DNA of 64,000 nucleotides, from positions 394 to 64,393 of the forward strand of contig CACGED010000004.1 of assembly GCA_902571975.1 (NCBI GenBank), written 5' to 3'. This stretch comes from an uncultured Pelagibacteraceae bacterium. GTDB taxonomy: Bacteria > Pseudomonadota > Alphaproteobacteria > Pelagibacterales > Pelagibacteraceae. A model generated the notes under the pieces. It saw only the letters and a program-made list of their open reading frames with translations. It was not told the origin of the DNA and searched no databases. The position numbers and the translations under genes were made by a program. Each line of letters opens with the position of its first letter. The first letter of the stretch is position 1. Of the stretch, positions 1 to 11,371 are shown in pieces.

Positions 1-286
1 TATTTTCAATAATTAAATCTTCATTTTCTTTTATAATTTCATTACTAGGATTGTATTTTTTTTTGATTTGCTCAATTTTTTCCTCAAAATTTAAATTATA
101 AATATTAAGTTTGTCACCAGTTTTAACTTTTTGGGAGCTTTTTATTTTTTTTTGATTTAATTTTAATTTCCCATTTCTGAGGTTTTTTTCGATAAGTCCT
201 TGTGGAATTTTTCCTAAATGATTTCGAATAAATCTATCAATGCGCATGTCATTAAAAGATTTATCTACGTTAATTGATTTTTTCAT
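1..286 (-). CDS. RluA/RluC-family pseudouridine synthase, N-terminal S4 domain (runs off window start)
   Basis: Manual translation from ATG at 286: MKKSINVDKSFNDMRIDRFIRNHLGKIPQGLIEKNLRNGKLKLN..., typical RluC S4-domain start (RIDRF motif). Confidence 0.8.
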   Translation of the reverse strand, partial: MKKSINVDKSFNDMRIDRFIRNHLGKIPQGLIEKNLRNGKLKLNQKKIKSSQKVKTGDKLNIYNLNFEEKIEQIKKKYNPSNEIIKENEDLIIEN

Positions 287-288
287 TT

Positions 289-1206
289 TTATTTTAATTT
301 TTTACAACTATTATTTTCTTCATCTAACTTAAGATCTTTGCACTTTTTACCTATAGCTATGGAGTCATAATATACAATTGTATCAGCTCTTTTTGGAGGA
401 TTACCTTTATGCATTAAATTAAACCTATTAATATTACTTTTGTATATTCCAAACTTCATATATGATTGTTTGCTTATATTATTATTAGTTAATCCATTGT
501 AATTAACTACAAGTTCGTTGTTAGCCCAAATCTTAATAAAACTTTTATTTGGCCAATCAACAAATTCCATATTTATTACAAAATCATTCCATTTACCTTT
601 TACATTATTTGCTTCTAAAATTTTATAAGTGTCAAATCCTCCAAAACTATGATTCACAAAATCTGTCCATTGTAAATCTCCATTTGGAGCAATTCTAAAC
701 ATAAAATTTACTGGACCTGCCTTAGAATGTATTTGCCATATAGTATTACTTATAGGAATAGTAAATTCACTATTTTCGGGAATATAAATGCTAAATTTAA
801 ACCATGTATTTGTAGACTTTAATCCTAACATGCTAACTTCAGATCTTTCTCTAAAGGTATTACACTCGTCTGATTTTCGTTGTTGACCACAATCACCATC
901 ACCATTTTTAAATTTCCAAGCAATTTTGCCAGATCTCACAATTTTATTTTGAATTAATAATCCATCTTTGGGAAAGTTATATAAAGGTGACAAGTGCATT
1001 CTGCATTTAGTTTTTTTTCCATGACTCCATTGGCAGTCAATATTTGACAAATCAATTAAATCTTTTTCATTGTCTAAATTAAACCAAGGCATGTTATCAT
1101 TACCTAACGTATAAAATTTTATACCATCTATTTTTGATGGATTTGCTTTTAAATTATTTGATGTAAAAAAAATTATTATAATTATTTGAAAAATTATATT
1201 TTTCAT
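289..1206 (-). CDS. Secreted polysaccharide-lyase-like protein (jelly-roll, heparin lyase I / Polysacc_lyase type)
   Basis: Signal peptide; motifs RERSE, WFKFSIYIP, IWQIH, GKWNDF, YMKFGIY. Confidence 0.65.
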   Translation of the reverse strand: MKNIIFQIIIIIFFTSNNLKANPSKIDGIKFYTLGNDNMPWFNLDNEKDLIDLSNIDCQWSHGKKTKCRMHLSPLYNFPKDGLLIQNKIVRSGKIAWKFKNGDGDCGQQRKSDECNTFRERSEVSMLGLKSTNTWFKFSIYIPENSEFTIPISNTIWQIHSKAGPVNFMFRIAPNGDLQWTDFVNHSFGGFDTYKILEANNVKGKWNDFVINMEFVDWPNKSFIKIWANNELVVNYNGLTNNNISKQSYMKFGIYKSNINRFNLMHKGNPPKRADTIVYYDSIAIGKKCKDLKLDEENNSCKKLK

Positions 1207-1271
1207 TTTGTTAATATAAAATATTAGATAATTGTTTTACAATATCAATTAAATAAAATATGAATTAAAGA

Positions 1272-1718
1272 CTAAGCTGTAGCTTCTTTGGGTGTTTCTA
1301 CTTTTTTATCTGCTGTTTTAGATTTTTCTGTTTTCTTTTTGTCTACTTTTTTTGCTTCTATATCACGATCTACAAATTCTATTACTGCCATGGGTGCATT
1401 ATCCCCATATCTAAAACCTGCTTTTATTATTCTTGTATATCCACCTTTTCTATTTTCATACCTTTTAGACAACGTTTTTCTTATTTTGCTTGCAGATCCC
1501 TCATCTTGTAACTTTGAAATCAGAGTTCTCATATTTTGAAGGGTATCTTTCTTACCCAAAGTAATTAATTTGTCTGCTTGTGGTTTTAAAACCTTTGCTT
1601 TTGGAAGTGTTGTAGTTATTTGTTCATACTTGACTAAAGAATTAAGCATATTTTTAATTAATGCTTTTCTATGCTCAGACGTTCTATTGAGCTTTTTGTA
1701 GCCCATTCTATGTCTCAT
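1272..1718 (-). CDS. rplQ: 50S ribosomal protein L17
   Basis: [20 protein letters not shown]...GGYTRI; follows rpoA. Confidence 0.98.
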   Translation of the reverse strand: MRHRMGYKKLNRTSEHRKALIKNMLNSLVKYEQITTTLPKAKVLKPQADKLITLGKKDTLQNMRTLISKLQDEGSASKIRKTLSKRYENRKGGYTRIIKAGFRYGDNAPMAVIEFVDRDIEAKKVDKKKTEKSKTADKKVETPKEATA

Positions 1719-2746
1719 TAGATAGCTTCCTCTAGCTTTTTAGATAACTCAGCTATATTATCTGGTGGCCAATTTGGTATTTCCATTCCAAGATATAAAG
1801 ACATTCCAGTTAAAACTTCTTTGATCTCATTTAATGACTTTCTACCAAAATTGGGGGTTCTTAACATTTCTCCTTCTGATTTCTGAACTAAGTCACCTAT
1901 ATATATTATATTATCATTTTTAAGACAGTTCATTGATCTCACTGAAAGTTCAAGTTCATCAACTTTTCTTAATAAATTTTTATTAAACTCAGGTTCTGTT
2001 GGTTGCTCTCTTACAATAACCTCTTGTGGCTCATCAAAGTTAACAAACATGCCTAATTGATCTTGAAATATTCTTGCAGAATAGGCTACTGCGTCCTCAG
2101 CTGATATTGATCCATTAGTCTCAACTTCCATAGTGAGTTTGTCATAATCTAAAGCTTTTCCCTCTCTTGCGGTACTAATTGAGTAGGAAACTTTTTTTAC
2201 TGGGCTAAACAATGAATCTATAGGTATTAAACCTAATGGTGGTTCCTCCGGTTTGTTCATATCTGCTGATACATAACCTTTACCGTTACTTACTGTCATT
2301 TCCATATGAAAATTTGTATTTTCATCTAAATTACAAATTACTAATTCAGGATTTAATATTTCTATATCATTAGATGTAGTGATATTTGAAGCTTTAATTT
2401 CCCCTGGTCCTTTAGCATCCAAAATTAACTTACTTATAGCCTCTGAGTTACTTTTTAAAGCAAGAGATTTAACATTTAAGACTATATCGGTAACATCTTC
2501 TCTAACACCTTTTATTGACGTGAATTCATGTAGTACACCATCTATTTGTATAGCTGTTACAGCCGTCCCTCTTATTGATGATAAAAGTATTCTACGTAAA
2601 GAGTTACCTAATGTAAGCCCATATCCTTTTTCTAAGGGCTCAGCAACTATTTTAGCGTACGATTTATCATCGCTAAGATTTACATCAATCTTAGGTGGTT
2701 TAATTAAAGATTTCCAATTTTTAATATTTACCTCGGTTGTATCCAT
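1718..2746 (-). CDS. rpoA: RNA polymerase alpha subunit
   Basis: [22 protein letters not shown]; alpha-CTD LELSVRS...[10 protein letters not shown]. Confidence 0.99.
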   Translation of the reverse strand: MDTTEVNIKNWKSLIKPPKIDVNLSDDKSYAKIVAEPLEKGYGLTLGNSLRRILLSSIRGTAVTAIQIDGVLHEFTSIKGVREDVTDIVLNVKSLALKSNSEAISKLILDAKGPGEIKASNITTSNDIEILNPELVICNLDENTNFHMEMTVSNGKGYVSADMNKPEEPPLGLIPIDSLFSPVKKVSYSISTAREGKALDYDKLTMEVETNGSISAEDAVAYSARIFQDQLGMFVNFDEPQEVIVREQPTEPEFNKNLLRKVDELELSVRSMNCLKNDNIIYIGDLVQKSEGEMLRTPNFGRKSLNEIKEVLTGMSLYLGMEIPNWPPDNIAELSKKLEEAI

Positions 2747-3190
2747 TTATACTCTCCTTTTTTTTGGCGGTCTTGAACCATTGTGTGGCATTGGTGTTGT
2801 ATCTTTTATAGAAATAATTTTAAAACCTCGAGCTTGTAGTGCCCTTAAAGCTGTTTCTCTACCAGAGCCTGGTCCTTTAACTTCTACTGATAAAATTTTC
2901 ATTCCTACTTCCAGAGCTTTTGCTGCAGCAGAATCAGCTGCTACTTGTGCCGCATAAGGTGTTGACTTTCTTGATCCTTTGAAACCTTTTTGACCTGCTG
3001 AGGCCCATGATATTACATTGCCGTTTGTATCTGCTATTGAAACTATTGTATTATTAAATGTAGATTGAACATAAGCAATGCCATTTAATATGTTTTTTTT
3101 ATTTTTTTTCTTTTTTGAATAAGTACTTTTTTTAGATTTTTGAGAACTATCTTTTACCTGTTCTTTGTTTTCAGTATTTTCTTTAGACAT
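2747..3190 (-). CDS. rpsK: 30S ribosomal protein S11
   Basis: [35 protein letters not shown]. Confidence 0.98.
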   Translation of the reverse strand: MSKENTENKEQVKDSSQKSKKSTYSKKKKNKKNILNGIAYVQSTFNNTIVSIADTNGNVISWASAGQKGFKGSRKSTPYAAQVAADSAAAKALEVGMKILSVEVKGPGSGRETALRALQARGFKIISIKDTTPMPHNGSRPPKKRRV

Positions 3191-3191
3191 A

Positions 3192-3574
3192 TTATTTTTT
3201 TAGTGGAGTTAATTTTTTACCAGCAATAGCAATTGCTTTTCCTTTACGTGTTCTTGCATTACATCTTGTTCTTTGACCTCGTACAGGTAATTTTTTCTAT
3301 GTCTTGAACCACGGTATGATGCAAGATCAATTAATCTTTTAATATTTAATGAAGTATCTCTTCTTAAATCTCCTTCAACTGTAAACTTTTGATCAATAAA
3401 TTCTCTGATTTTTAAAATCTCATCATCTGAAAGTTCGTTAACTCTCTTATTACTCGGTATATCTAGTGATTTACAAATGTCGTTTGAGTTTTTTTCACCA
3501 ATACCAAATATATATGTTAGTCCAATTCTAACTAATTTGTTTTGCGGAATATTTACACCTGCTATACGAGCCAT
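3192..3574 (-). CDS. rpsM: 30S ribosomal protein S13, with an apparent 1-bp frameshift in the homopolymer at 3291-3296
   Basis: [10 protein letters not shown]...RGSRHRK. Adding one A restores the conserved tail [27 protein letters not shown], ending at TAA 3192-3194. Confidence 0.93.
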
Positions 3575-3629
3575 AATAATGAGATAAAATTTAGCCTTTT
3601 ATATAAGAAGTTCTTTCAAAGTCAATGTC

Positions 3630-4193
3630 TTAAACAGATAGAATTTGCTCGATTTTACTTGATATTTCGTCGATTTTTACGCTTCCATCAATTTCATAAA
3701 AATTTGGATTTTTTGAATAGAAATCCAAAACAGGCTTGGTTGTTTCCATATAGGTATCATACCTTTTGAGAATAGTTTGTAAATTATCATCAGCTCTTTT
3801 TTCTAAAATTTTTCTTTTTTCTATTCTTTTTATGATTGTATCTTTCTTAACATTAAGAAAAAAAATAAAATCGATTTTTTGGTTTGAGCTGTTTAGCAAT
3901 ATATCCAAGTTTTTGGCTTGACTTAGTGATCTAGGATAACCATCAAAAATTAGTTTATTTTTTTTTTGTGGATTGCTCACAACGTTTTGAATAAGTTCAT
4001 TTACTATTTCATCTGTTGCAAAATCACCTTTGGATATTATATTTTCGATATTTCTACCTATATCAGTTTTATTTGAAACTTCACTTCTCAAAAGATCTCC
4101 TGTGGAGATTTGATATAAGTTATATTTCTTAACTAAATTATTTGCTTGAGTTCCTTTTCCTGCTCCTGGTGGTCCAAAAATTATAACATTCAC
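3630..4193 (-). CDS. adk: Adenylate kinase (short-LID type)
   Basis: GPPGAGKGTQA P-loop, STGDLLR, DGYPR. Confidence 0.97.
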   Translation of the reverse strand: MNVIIFGPPGAGKGTQANNLVKKYNLYQISTGDLLRSEVSNKTDIGRNIENIISKGDFATDEIVNELIQNVVSNPQKKNKLIFDGYPRSLSQAKNLDILLNSSNQKIDFIFFLNVKKDTIIKRIEKRKILEKRADDNLQTILKRYDTYMETTKPVLDFYSKNPNFYEIDGSVKIDEISSKIEQILSV

Positions 4194-4199
4194 CTAAAA

Positions 4200-5480
4200 T
4201 TATCTTCCAAATTTTGTTTTTTTTATCAATTGTTCGTATTGTGAACTCATAAGCCTTGTTTGTACTTGTGTAACAGTATCTATGGCAACAACTACAACAA
4301 TTAACACAGAAGCTCCTCCTAAATAAAAAGGTATAGGATAATTTGCTATCAAAAATTCTGGCATCAAACATACTAATGTTAAATATAAAGCACCAATTGT
4401 AGTTAATCTTGTGATAATGGAATCCAAATATATAGCTGTACTTTCACCAGGTCTTATTCCAGGAATAAAACCACCATGCTTTCTTAAATTTTCTGCCGTC
4501 TCATTAGGATTGACTGTTATTGATACATAAAAAAAAGTAAAAAATATTATTCCTGAAGCATATAAAATCATATAAAGAGGCTGACCTTGAGAAAAATAAG
4601 AAGATATACTTAAAAATAATTCATTTTGAGACACATTAAAATTTGAAAATGTTACCGGTAGCAGCAAAAGAGCAGAAGCAAATATTGCTGGTATTACACC
4701 TGCGGAATTAATTTTAAGTGGTAAGTGTGAGGACTCTCCACCATACATCTTGTTTCCCATTTGTCTTTTGGGATAATTTATTAATATTTTTCTTAAAGCT
4801 CTCTCCATAAAAACAATAAATAATATGGTTATTACAAGTAAAATGAATATTACAATTATCATTAAAGTTGAAATTGCTCCCGTTCTACCCAATTCAAAAG
4901 TTGTAACTAAAGCTCTTGGAATTTCAGCAACAATGCCTGAAAAAATTATCAAAGAGATACCATTACCAATACCTCTTTGAGTTATTTGTTCGCCTAGCCA
5001 CATTAAAAAAATAGTACCTGCAACTATTGTTGTAACTGTTGAGATTTTAAAAAAAATACCTGGATTAATAACAAGATCAACTGATGACTCCAATCCTACG
5101 GCCAGTCCATAGCCCTGAACTGTTGCCAGTAAAACGGTTCCATATCTTGTTATTTGAGTTATTTTTTGTCTTCCAATCTCTCCTTGGGCTTTTAAATTTT
5201 TAAAGTAATCTGTGACACCTGTTAAGAGTTGAACTATAATTGATGATGAAATATATGGCATAATTCCTAAAGCAAATATTGCCATTCTACTTACTGCTCC
5301 ACCAGCAAATACGTTAAACATTCCTAATAAGCCCTTTTGGTTGCTGTCCATCATTACTTGAAGTTGTTCAGGATCTATACCCGGCAATGGAACAAAAGTT
5401 CCCAATCTATATATAGCAAGAATAAAAACTGTGAATAAAATTCTATTTCTTAGATCATTTGTTTGTGATGACTCACTCAT
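4200..5480 (-). CDS. secY: Preprotein translocase SecY
   Basis: IFALGIMPYISSSII, WLGEQITQRGIGNGISL, IPGIRPG. Confidence 0.99.
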   Translation of the reverse strand: MSESSQTNDLRNRILFTVFILAIYRLGTFVPLPGIDPEQLQVMMDSNQKGLLGMFNVFAGGAVSRMAIFALGIMPYISSSIIVQLLTGVTDYFKNLKAQGEIGRQKITQITRYGTVLLATVQGYGLAVGLESSVDLVINPGIFFKISTVTTIVAGTIFLMWLGEQITQRGIGNGISLIIFSGIVAEIPRALVTTFELGRTGAISTLMIIVIFILLVITILFIVFMERALRKILINYPKRQMGNKMYGGESSHLPLKINSAGVIPAIFASALLLLPVTFSNFNVSQNELFLSISSYFSQGQPLYMILYASGIIFFTFFYVSITVNPNETAENLRKHGGFIPGIRPGESTAIYLDSIITRLTTIGALYLTLVCLMPEFLIANYPIPFYLGGASVLIVVVVAIDTVTQVQTRLMSSQYEQLIKKTKFGR

Positions 5481-5482
5481 TT

Positions 5483-5941
5483 TTATTTAGAATTTTTTAG
5501 AACTATTACACCGCCTAATTTCTCAATTTTTTCTTTTGCAGAAATTGATGAATAATCAGCTTCTATATTCACTTTTGTTGATAAGTTTCCATTTGCAAGA
5601 ATTTTAAATTTTAGGTAACTTTTATTTATTATTTTGTTTTCTTTTAGACTCTTTAAATTAATTTGCTCCTCAGGATTTATCCTTTTATTATCAAGAAAGC
5701 TTTGAAGTTGATCTAAATTTATTTTTGCTATTTTATGCTTATTAATTGGATTAAATCCTCTTTTAGGAAGTCTTCTATAAAGTGGCATTTGTCCACCTTC
5801 GAAACTTTTAATTGCAACGCCTGACCTTGATTTTTGTCCCTTAACGCCTCTTCCAGAAGTTTTTCCTTTGCCAGAACCAATTCCTCTCCCAAGACGTTTT
5901 TTATTTTTTTTAACTTTTAATGTATTATTTAATATATTCAT
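5483..5941 (-). CDS. rplO: 50S ribosomal protein L15
   Basis: RLGRGIGSGKGKTSGRG, FEGGQMPLYRRLPKRGF. Confidence 0.98.
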   Translation of the reverse strand: MNILNNTLKVKKNKKRLGRGIGSGKGKTSGRGVKGQKSRSGVAIKSFEGGQMPLYRRLPKRGFNPINKHKIAKINLDQLQSFLDNKRINPEEQINLKSLKENKIINKSYLKFKILANGNLSTKVNIEADYSSISAKEKIEKLGGVIVLKNSK

Positions 5942-6441
5942 TAACCTCTTTTCTCAACAATTTCCGAGATTTTCTTATTTCTAATTAATGAAATATTTTT
6001 CGGAGAATTTTGTTTAGATAATGCTTTCATGCATGCTCTAATAACATTGTGTGGATTTGCTGTACCTAACGATTTAGCAACTATATCCTTAATTCCAAGA
6101 ACTTCACATACAGCTCTGACAGCTCCTCCAGCAATAATTCCAGTACCTTTTGGTGCCGCTCTTAATTTAATTTTGCCTGCACCATCTTTACCAAATATAT
6201 CATGGTGAATAGTTCTTCCTTCTCTTAATGGAATTTGTACTAGATTTCTTCTTGCTAATTCATTGGCTTTTTTGATTGCATCAGGAACTTGTTTAGCTTT
6301 TGCGTGTGCAACACCAATTTTTCCATTTTGATTTCCTACTACAACTAATGCAGAAAAACCAAATCTTCTTCCACCTTTAACAACTTTAGTTATTCTATTT
6401 ATGTGCACTAACTTTTCAACAAATTCTACATTTTTTTCCAT
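5941..6441 (-). CDS. rpsE: 30S ribosomal protein S5
   Basis: [23 protein letters not shown]. Confidence 0.98.
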   Translation of the reverse strand: MEKNVEFVEKLVHINRITKVVKGGRRFGFSALVVVGNQNGKIGVAHAKAKQVPDAIKKANELARRNLVQIPLREGRTIHHDIFGKDGAGKIKLRAAPKGTGIIAGGAVRAVCEVLGIKDIVAKSLGTANPHNVIRACMKALSKQNSPKNISLIRNKKISEIVEKRG

Positions 6442-6443
6442 AT

Positions 6444-6797
6444 TTAAAATTCCATTCCTTTTTTTCTTAGTTCCTCTGCAAGCAATTTAACTCTTCCATG
6501 ATATTTATATATACCTCTATCAAAATACACTTTGGTAATCTTCATATCCTTAGCTTTCTTTGCTAATTCTTCAGCTACTATAGATGACAACTCTTTTTTG
6601 TTTTTTTTTTGTAATTTTATTTCTTTTGTATTTGATGAAGCAGATGCCAATGTAATATTCTTAATATCATCTATTATTTGAGCACTAATATTTTTTGCAG
6701 AACGATTAACGCTTAATCTGTATCTCTTGTTTGAAGAAACTTTTTTAACTTTATTAGTAACTCTAAATTTTTTTCTTTCAACTTTATTTATTTTCAT
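6444..6797 (-). CDS. rplR: 50S ribosomal protein L18
   Basis: [30 protein letters not shown]. Confidence 0.97.
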   Translation of the reverse strand: MKINKVERKKFRVTNKVKKVSSNKRYRLSVNRSAKNISAQIIDDIKNITLASASSNTKEIKLQKKNKKELSSIVAEELAKKAKDMKITKVYFDRGIYKYHGRVKLLAEELRKKGMEF

Positions 6798-7336
6798 TAT
6801 TTCTTTTTACCTTCTTTTCTTAATATATACTGACCTTGTTCCTTTATACCCTTGCCTTTATATGGCTCAGGAGGTCTAATACTTTTTATTTCTGATGCTA
6901 CCATTCCTACCTGCTGTTTATCGGTACCAGAAATTTTAAGTACAGTTTGTTTTTCGACTAATATTTTTACTCCATCTGGAATTTCAAAATTAATATCATG
7001 ACTAAAACCTAATTGAAGATTTAAAATATTTCCTTTCAATGCAGCTCTATATCCTACACCTGTTAATTCTAAAATTTTCTCATATCCTTTGCTAATTCCA
7101 ATGATAGCATTGTTTATAAGACTTCTATTCATACCCCAAAGTCTTTTTGTATCTTGATCTTTTTTCTTTGGATTAATTGATACTTCTTTGCCATCATTAA
7201 TATCTAAATCAAAAATATCTAAGTCGATATTTAGTGATTTTTTCCCAAGAGGACCTTCTATATTAATTATATTTCCGCTTAACATAATTTTTACTTTATC
7301 TGGAATTGAAATATTTATTTTACCAATCTTGGACAT
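6797..7336 (-). CDS. rplF: 50S ribosomal protein L6
   Basis: [17 protein letters not shown]. Confidence 0.98.
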   Translation of the reverse strand: MSKIGKINISIPDKVKIMLSGNIINIEGPLGKKSLNIDLDIFDLDINDGKEVSINPKKKDQDTKRLWGMNRSLINNAIIGISKGYEKILELTGVGYRAALKGNILNLQLGFSHDINFEIPDGVKILVEKQTVLKISGTDKQQVGMVASEIKSIRPPEPYKGKGIKEQGQYILRKEGKKK

Positions 7337-7731
7337 TAAAAGACCTTACAAATTATTTCACCACCAACTTTTTGCTTTCTTGCATCTATGTCGGTCATCA
7401 CCCCTTTTGGAGTTGATATAATTGCTATACCTAAACCATTGTTTACTTTTGGTAAACTTTCAGCACTAGAGAAAATTCTTCTTCCAGGTTTAGAAACTCT
7501 TTCGATTGAACTTATCACTGGATTACCAGAGTTATATTTTAAACTAATAAGTAAATTTGCTTTATTTTGTTCAGATTTTACTTCATAATCAATTATATAA
7601 CCTTCTGATTTAAGTATTTCAGCTATTTTAGTTTTAAATTTTGAAGAAGGTAATTCTATTTTTTTATGATTTCTCATTTGAGAATTTTTCAATCTAGCTA
7701 ACATATCTCCTATAGGGTCACTTAAGCTCAT
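7336..7731 (-). CDS. rpsH: 30S ribosomal protein S8
   Basis: DPIGDMLARLKN, SKPGRR, ISTPKGVMTD. Confidence 0.98.
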   Translation of the reverse strand: MSLSDPIGDMLARLKNSQMRNHKKIELPSSKFKTKIAEILKSEGYIIDYEVKSEQNKANLLISLKYNSGNPVISSIERVSKPGRRIFSSAESLPKVNNGLGIAIISTPKGVMTDIDARKQKVGGEIICKVF

Positions 7732-7741
7732 AATATCCTTT

Positions 7742-8047
7742 CTACCAACTTGATTTTACCATACCAGGAATTTTGCCTTCTAAACCTAATTGTCTTAGAG
7801 CTATTCTTGATATTTTTAGTTTTCGATAAACGCCATGAGGTCTACCTGTTATTTGACATCTATTTCTTACTCTAGTTTTTGCTGAGTTTCTTGGCAATTT
7901 AGATAGTTTTTGTTGTGCCTTAAACCTTTCCTCTAATGTCAATTTTTTATTCATTATAATTTTTTTAAGTGAATCTCTTTTTTTAAAATATTTGTCTGAT
8001 AGTTTTATTCTTTTGTTATTTTTGTTTATTGCGCTTAACTTAGCCAT
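7742..8047 (-). CDS. rpsN: 30S ribosomal protein S14 (long, Zn-independent type)
   Basis: [27 protein letters not shown]. Confidence 0.97.
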   Translation of the reverse strand: MAKLSAINKNNKRIKLSDKYFKKRDSLKKIIMNKKLTLEERFKAQQKLSKLPRNSAKTRVRNRCQITGRPHGVYRKLKISRIALRQLGLEGKIPGMVKSSW

Positions 8048-8601
8048 TAATTACTCCCTTTCTCTTTAAACGGAAAATTTAGTTTTTTTAACAATTCAAA
8101 ACTGTGTTTTTTATCAATAGATTTGATTACTATTGTAATATCAAGTCCTCTAACCTTATCCACTTTATCAAAATTAACCTCTGGAAATATGATTTGTTCT
8201 TTTATACCAAACGTATAGTTCCCAAAATTGTCAAAGCCATTTGTACTTAACCCTCTGAAATCTTTAATTCTTGGTAGTGCTATATTAACTAATCTATCTA
8301 TAAACTCATACATTTTATTTTTTCTTAGTGTAACCTTCAAGCCTGAGTTAGTATTTTTTCTTGTTTTAAAATTTGCAATAGATTTTCTAAATTTAGTTAT
8401 AACAGGCTTTTGACCAGTTATATTAGCTAAGTCTTCTTGGCATGATGTAATTATTTTTGAGTCATTACCATCAAGACCTAGACCCATATTTAAAACAATT
8501 TTTTCTATTTTTGGACCCATGTATATATTTTTATATCCAAACATTTCTTTTAAACTAGGGTTTATCTCTTTCAATATTATTTCTTTTATTCGAGGTTCCA
8601 T
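8047..8601 (-). CDS. rplE: 50S ribosomal protein L5
   Basis: [23 protein letters not shown]. Confidence 0.98.
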   Translation of the reverse strand: MEPRIKEIILKEINPSLKEMFGYKNIYMGPKIEKIVLNMGLGLDGNDSKIITSCQEDLANITGQKPVITKFRKSIANFKTRKNTNSGLKVTLRKNKMYEFIDRLVNIALPRIKDFRGLSTNGFDNFGNYTFGIKEQIIFPEVNFDKVDKVRGLDITIVIKSIDKKHSFELLKKLNFPFKEKGSN

Positions 8602-8840
8602 TATTTTTTAGCCTGCTCTTTTTTATTAATTGCCGTAATCATTAAATTAGACATGTGGACAAAATTTTCTTTAGAAATAATGCCGCCTTTTTTTTCCTTG
8701 GTGGTTTTCACATGTTTTTTAATTATATTTACATCTTTGATTTTTGCTCTATTATTTTTTCTGTCAATTTCAATAACTTCACCTTCTTTATTTTTATCTT
8801 TACCAGCTATAATTTTAACTTTTAAACCTTTTTTAATCAT
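8601..8840 (-). CDS. rplX: 50S ribosomal protein L24 (short)
   Basis: KOW motif [19 protein letters not shown]; position between rplN and rplE. Confidence 0.93.
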   Translation of the reverse strand: MIKKGLKVKIIAGKDKNKEGEVIEIDRKNNRAKIKDVNIIKKHVKTTKEKKGGIISKENFVHMSNLMITAINKKEQAKK

Positions 8841-9208
8841 TACAGTACCTCTGGTGCTAATGAAATAATTTTCATTTGTCCTCTATTTCTTAATTCTCTA
8901 GTTACTGGTCCAAAAATTCTTGTTCCAATTGGTTCTCCTTTTTCATCAGTTAAAACAGCTGCGTTATTATCAAATCTAACTTTAGATCCATCATTTCTAT
9001 GAATTCCTTTTTTAACTCTTACAACTACAGCCTTGTGTACAGAACCTTTCTTTACTTTTCCTCTGGGTATGGCTTCCTTGACTGCAACAACAATGGTATC
9101 TCCAATACTCGCATATCTTCTTTTTGATCCACCTAAGACTTTTATACACTCAATTCTTTTTGCCCCAGTATTATCAGCCACCAATAATTCAGTTTGTACC
9201 TGTATCAC
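8840..9208 (-). CDS. rplN: 50S ribosomal protein L14
   Basis: [25 protein letters not shown]. Confidence 0.99.
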   Translation of the reverse strand: MIQVQTELLVADNTGAKRIECIKVLGGSKRRYASIGDTIVVAVKEAIPRGKVKKGSVHKAVVVRVKKGIHRNDGSKVRFDNNAAVLTDEKGEPIGTRIFGPVTRELRNRGQMKIISLAPEVL

Positions 9209-9441
9209 TTAAAATCTCCAATTACTTCGAATTTTTTATTTTTTGAAAAAGGTCTACTCTCTCTAATTGAAACTTTGTCGCCTATCTTAAATTTATTTTC
9301 TTCGTCATGAGCATTGTATTTTTTTCTTGCCTTCATTACTTTTTTCAAAATCGGATGTTGATATTTTCTTTCTACTAGCACTGTTACTGTTTTATTGGGC
9401 TTATCACTTACAACAACACCGTTTAATATTTTTTTAGGCAT
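9205..9441 (-). CDS. rpsQ: 30S ribosomal protein S17
   Basis: [25 protein letters not shown]. Confidence 0.97.
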   Translation of the reverse strand: MPKKILNGVVVSDKPNKTVTVLVERKYQHPILKKVMKARKKYNAHDEENKFKIGDKVSIRESRPFSKNKKFEVIGDFK

Positions 9442-9622
9442 TTTTAACTCCTCTTAAAGTTTTCAATCTTGCTATATTTTTTTTAGTCTCTGTAATTTTT
9501 GCAGGGCTTTTGATTTGACCATTTACCTTCTGAAATCTAAAATTAAAAAGATCTTTTTTTAGTTTATCAATATTTTCTATTATTTGTTTGTTAGTTAATT
9601 TTTTAATTTCATTCTTTTTCAT
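9434..9622 (-). CDS. rpmC: 50S ribosomal protein L29
   Basis: [11 protein letters not shown]...KKNIARLKT; operon position. Confidence 0.95.
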   Translation of the reverse strand: MKKNEIKKLTNKQIIENIDKLKKDLFNFRFQKVNGQIKSPAKITETKKNIARLKTLRGVKNA

Positions 9623-10030
9623 TTAAATTCTCTTTATAAATTTACATTTAATTGGTAATTTAGCTGATGCCTTATATAGTGCTTCTTTTGCAATAGCCTC
9701 TGAAACTCCATCAACTTCAAATAGAATTCTTCCCGGTTTAACTCTACAAGCCCAAAATTCAGGTGATCCCTTTCCTTTTCCCATTCTTACTTCAGTAGGT
9801 TTTTTAGAAACTGGAATATTTGGGAACATTCGTGTCCAAACTCTCCCTTGCCTTTTCATATGTCTAGTTAGGGCCACTCTTGCAGCTTCTATTTGTCTAG
9901 ATATTATTCTTTCTGGTTGCACCGCTTTCAGTCCGTATGAACCATAATTCATTATGTTACATCTTGATGCATTTCCATGTATTCTTCCTTTATGAGCTTT
10001 TCTATATTTCGTTCTAGTTGGCTGTAACAT
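9623..10030 (-). CDS. rplP: 50S ribosomal protein L16
   Basis: [20 protein letters not shown]. Confidence 0.98.
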   Translation of the reverse strand: MLQPTRTKYRKAHKGRIHGNASRCNIMNYGSYGLKAVQPERIISRQIEAARVALTRHMKRQGRVWTRMFPNIPVSKKPTEVRMGKGKGSPEFWACRVKPGRILFEVDGVSEAIAKEALYKASAKLPIKCKFIKRI

Positions 10031-10690
10031 TTATGCTTTATTCCTTTCCTGGCTAAATTCTCTTGTAAAAATTTCACCCTTATAAATCCATATCTTAATT
10101 CCAATTATACCATAAGTTGTTAAAGCTTCTGCTTCAGCATAATCTATATCTGCTCTCAATGTGTGAGATGGAATACTTCCTTCTCTTAACCATTCTGTTC
10201 TCGCAATCTCATTTCCACCTAGTCTTCCACTTATTGAAACTTTTATTCCTTTAGCACCCAACCTGAGTGCTGATTGCATTGCCCTTTTCATGGCTCTTCT
10301 ATAAGAAACTCTTTTAACTAGCTGTTGAGCAATATTCTCAGCGACTAAATAGCTATTTGTCTCTGGTTTTTTTATTTCTTTAATATTTAAAACTACCTCG
10401 TTAATTGTTAATTTAGCAATATTTCCTTTAATTTTTTCAATATCTGTCCCTTTTTTTCCTATTACAAAGCCTGGTCTAGAAGTATAAATTGTAACAAAGC
10501 ATTTTTTAGTGGTTCTTTCTATCATAACTTTCGATACACCAGAATTGACAACATTTTTTTTTATATATTGTCTAATTCTAAAATCCTCTATTAAGTTATT
10601 TCCAAAATCTTTTTTCTTGGCATACCAAACAGAGTCCCAACCTCTGTTGATACCCAATCTTAAACCTACTGGATTAACTTTTTGTCCCAT
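10031..10690 (-). CDS. rpsC: 30S ribosomal protein S3
   Basis: [25 protein letters not shown]. Confidence 0.99.
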   Translation of the reverse strand: MGQKVNPVGLRLGINRGWDSVWYAKKKDFGNNLIEDFRIRQYIKKNVVNSGVSKVMIERTTKKCFVTIYTSRPGFVIGKKGTDIEKIKGNIAKLTINEVVLNIKEIKKPETNSYLVAENIAQQLVKRVSYRRAMKRAMQSALRLGAKGIKVSISGRLGGNEIARTEWLREGSIPSHTLRADIDYAEAEALTTYGIIGIKIWIYKGEIFTREFSQERNKA

Positions 10691-11069
10691 AACTCTCCGT
10701 TTTTTTTACTTTTTCAGTTAAAATTATTGTTAGGTTAGAGTAAGGTTTCATTATTTCAGCTGCTCTACCTTTTGCTCTAGCTCTAAATCTCTTCATTACA
10801 ACTTGTTTCCCACAATATGCTTCTTTTACAATTAATTTATCAATATCGTATTGATAATTATTTTCTGCATTGGCTACAGCAGAAGAAATAGTTTTCTTAA
10901 TATCCTTGGATATTCTTTTATCTGAAAAAGATAAATCTCTAATTGCTACACCAACTTTTTTTCCTACTATTGATTTTAAAATTGGATTAAGTTTTCTAGT
11001 GCTTGATCTAACATTTTTATTTATAGATTTAACTATTTTTGCGTCAATTTCTTTTTTAACTTGTGTCAT
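10674..11069 (-). CDS. rplV: 50S ribosomal protein L22
   Basis: [20 protein letters not shown]. Confidence 0.96.
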   Translation of the reverse strand: MTQVKKEIDAKIVKSINKNVRSSTRKLNPILKSIVGKKVGVAIRDLSFSDKRISKDIKKTISSAVANAENNYQYDIDKLIVKEAYCGKQVVMKRFRARAKGRAAEIMKPYSNLTIILTEKVKKTESYGTKS

Positions 11070-11368
11070 TATTTTTTAGCAGCTCCCCCTTCTACTTTTG
11101 CTTTCTTGTCTGCAGGGGTGTGACCAAAGAATTGCCTTGTTGGTGCAAATTCTCCAAGTTTATGGCCAACCATATCCTCAGAAATTGTTATAGGTATAAA
11201 TTTTTTCCCATTATAAATTAGAAAGCTTACCCCAACAAAATCAGGGAGTATTGTTGATTTTCTTGACCATGTTTTTATGGGTTTTTTGATAGTATCCTTT
11301 TTTTGTTTTTCTACCTTTTTGATTAAACTTTCTTCAACAAAGGGTCCTTTCCATACTGATCTAGCCAT
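11069..11368 (-). CDS. rpsS: 30S ribosomal protein S19
   Basis: [24 protein letters not shown]. Confidence 0.98.
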   Translation of the reverse strand: MARSVWKGPFVEESLIKKVEKQKKDTIKKPIKTWSRKSTILPDFVGVSFLIYNGKKFIPITISEDMVGHKLGEFAPTRQFFGHTPADKKAKVEGGAAKK

Positions 11369-11371
11369 ATA

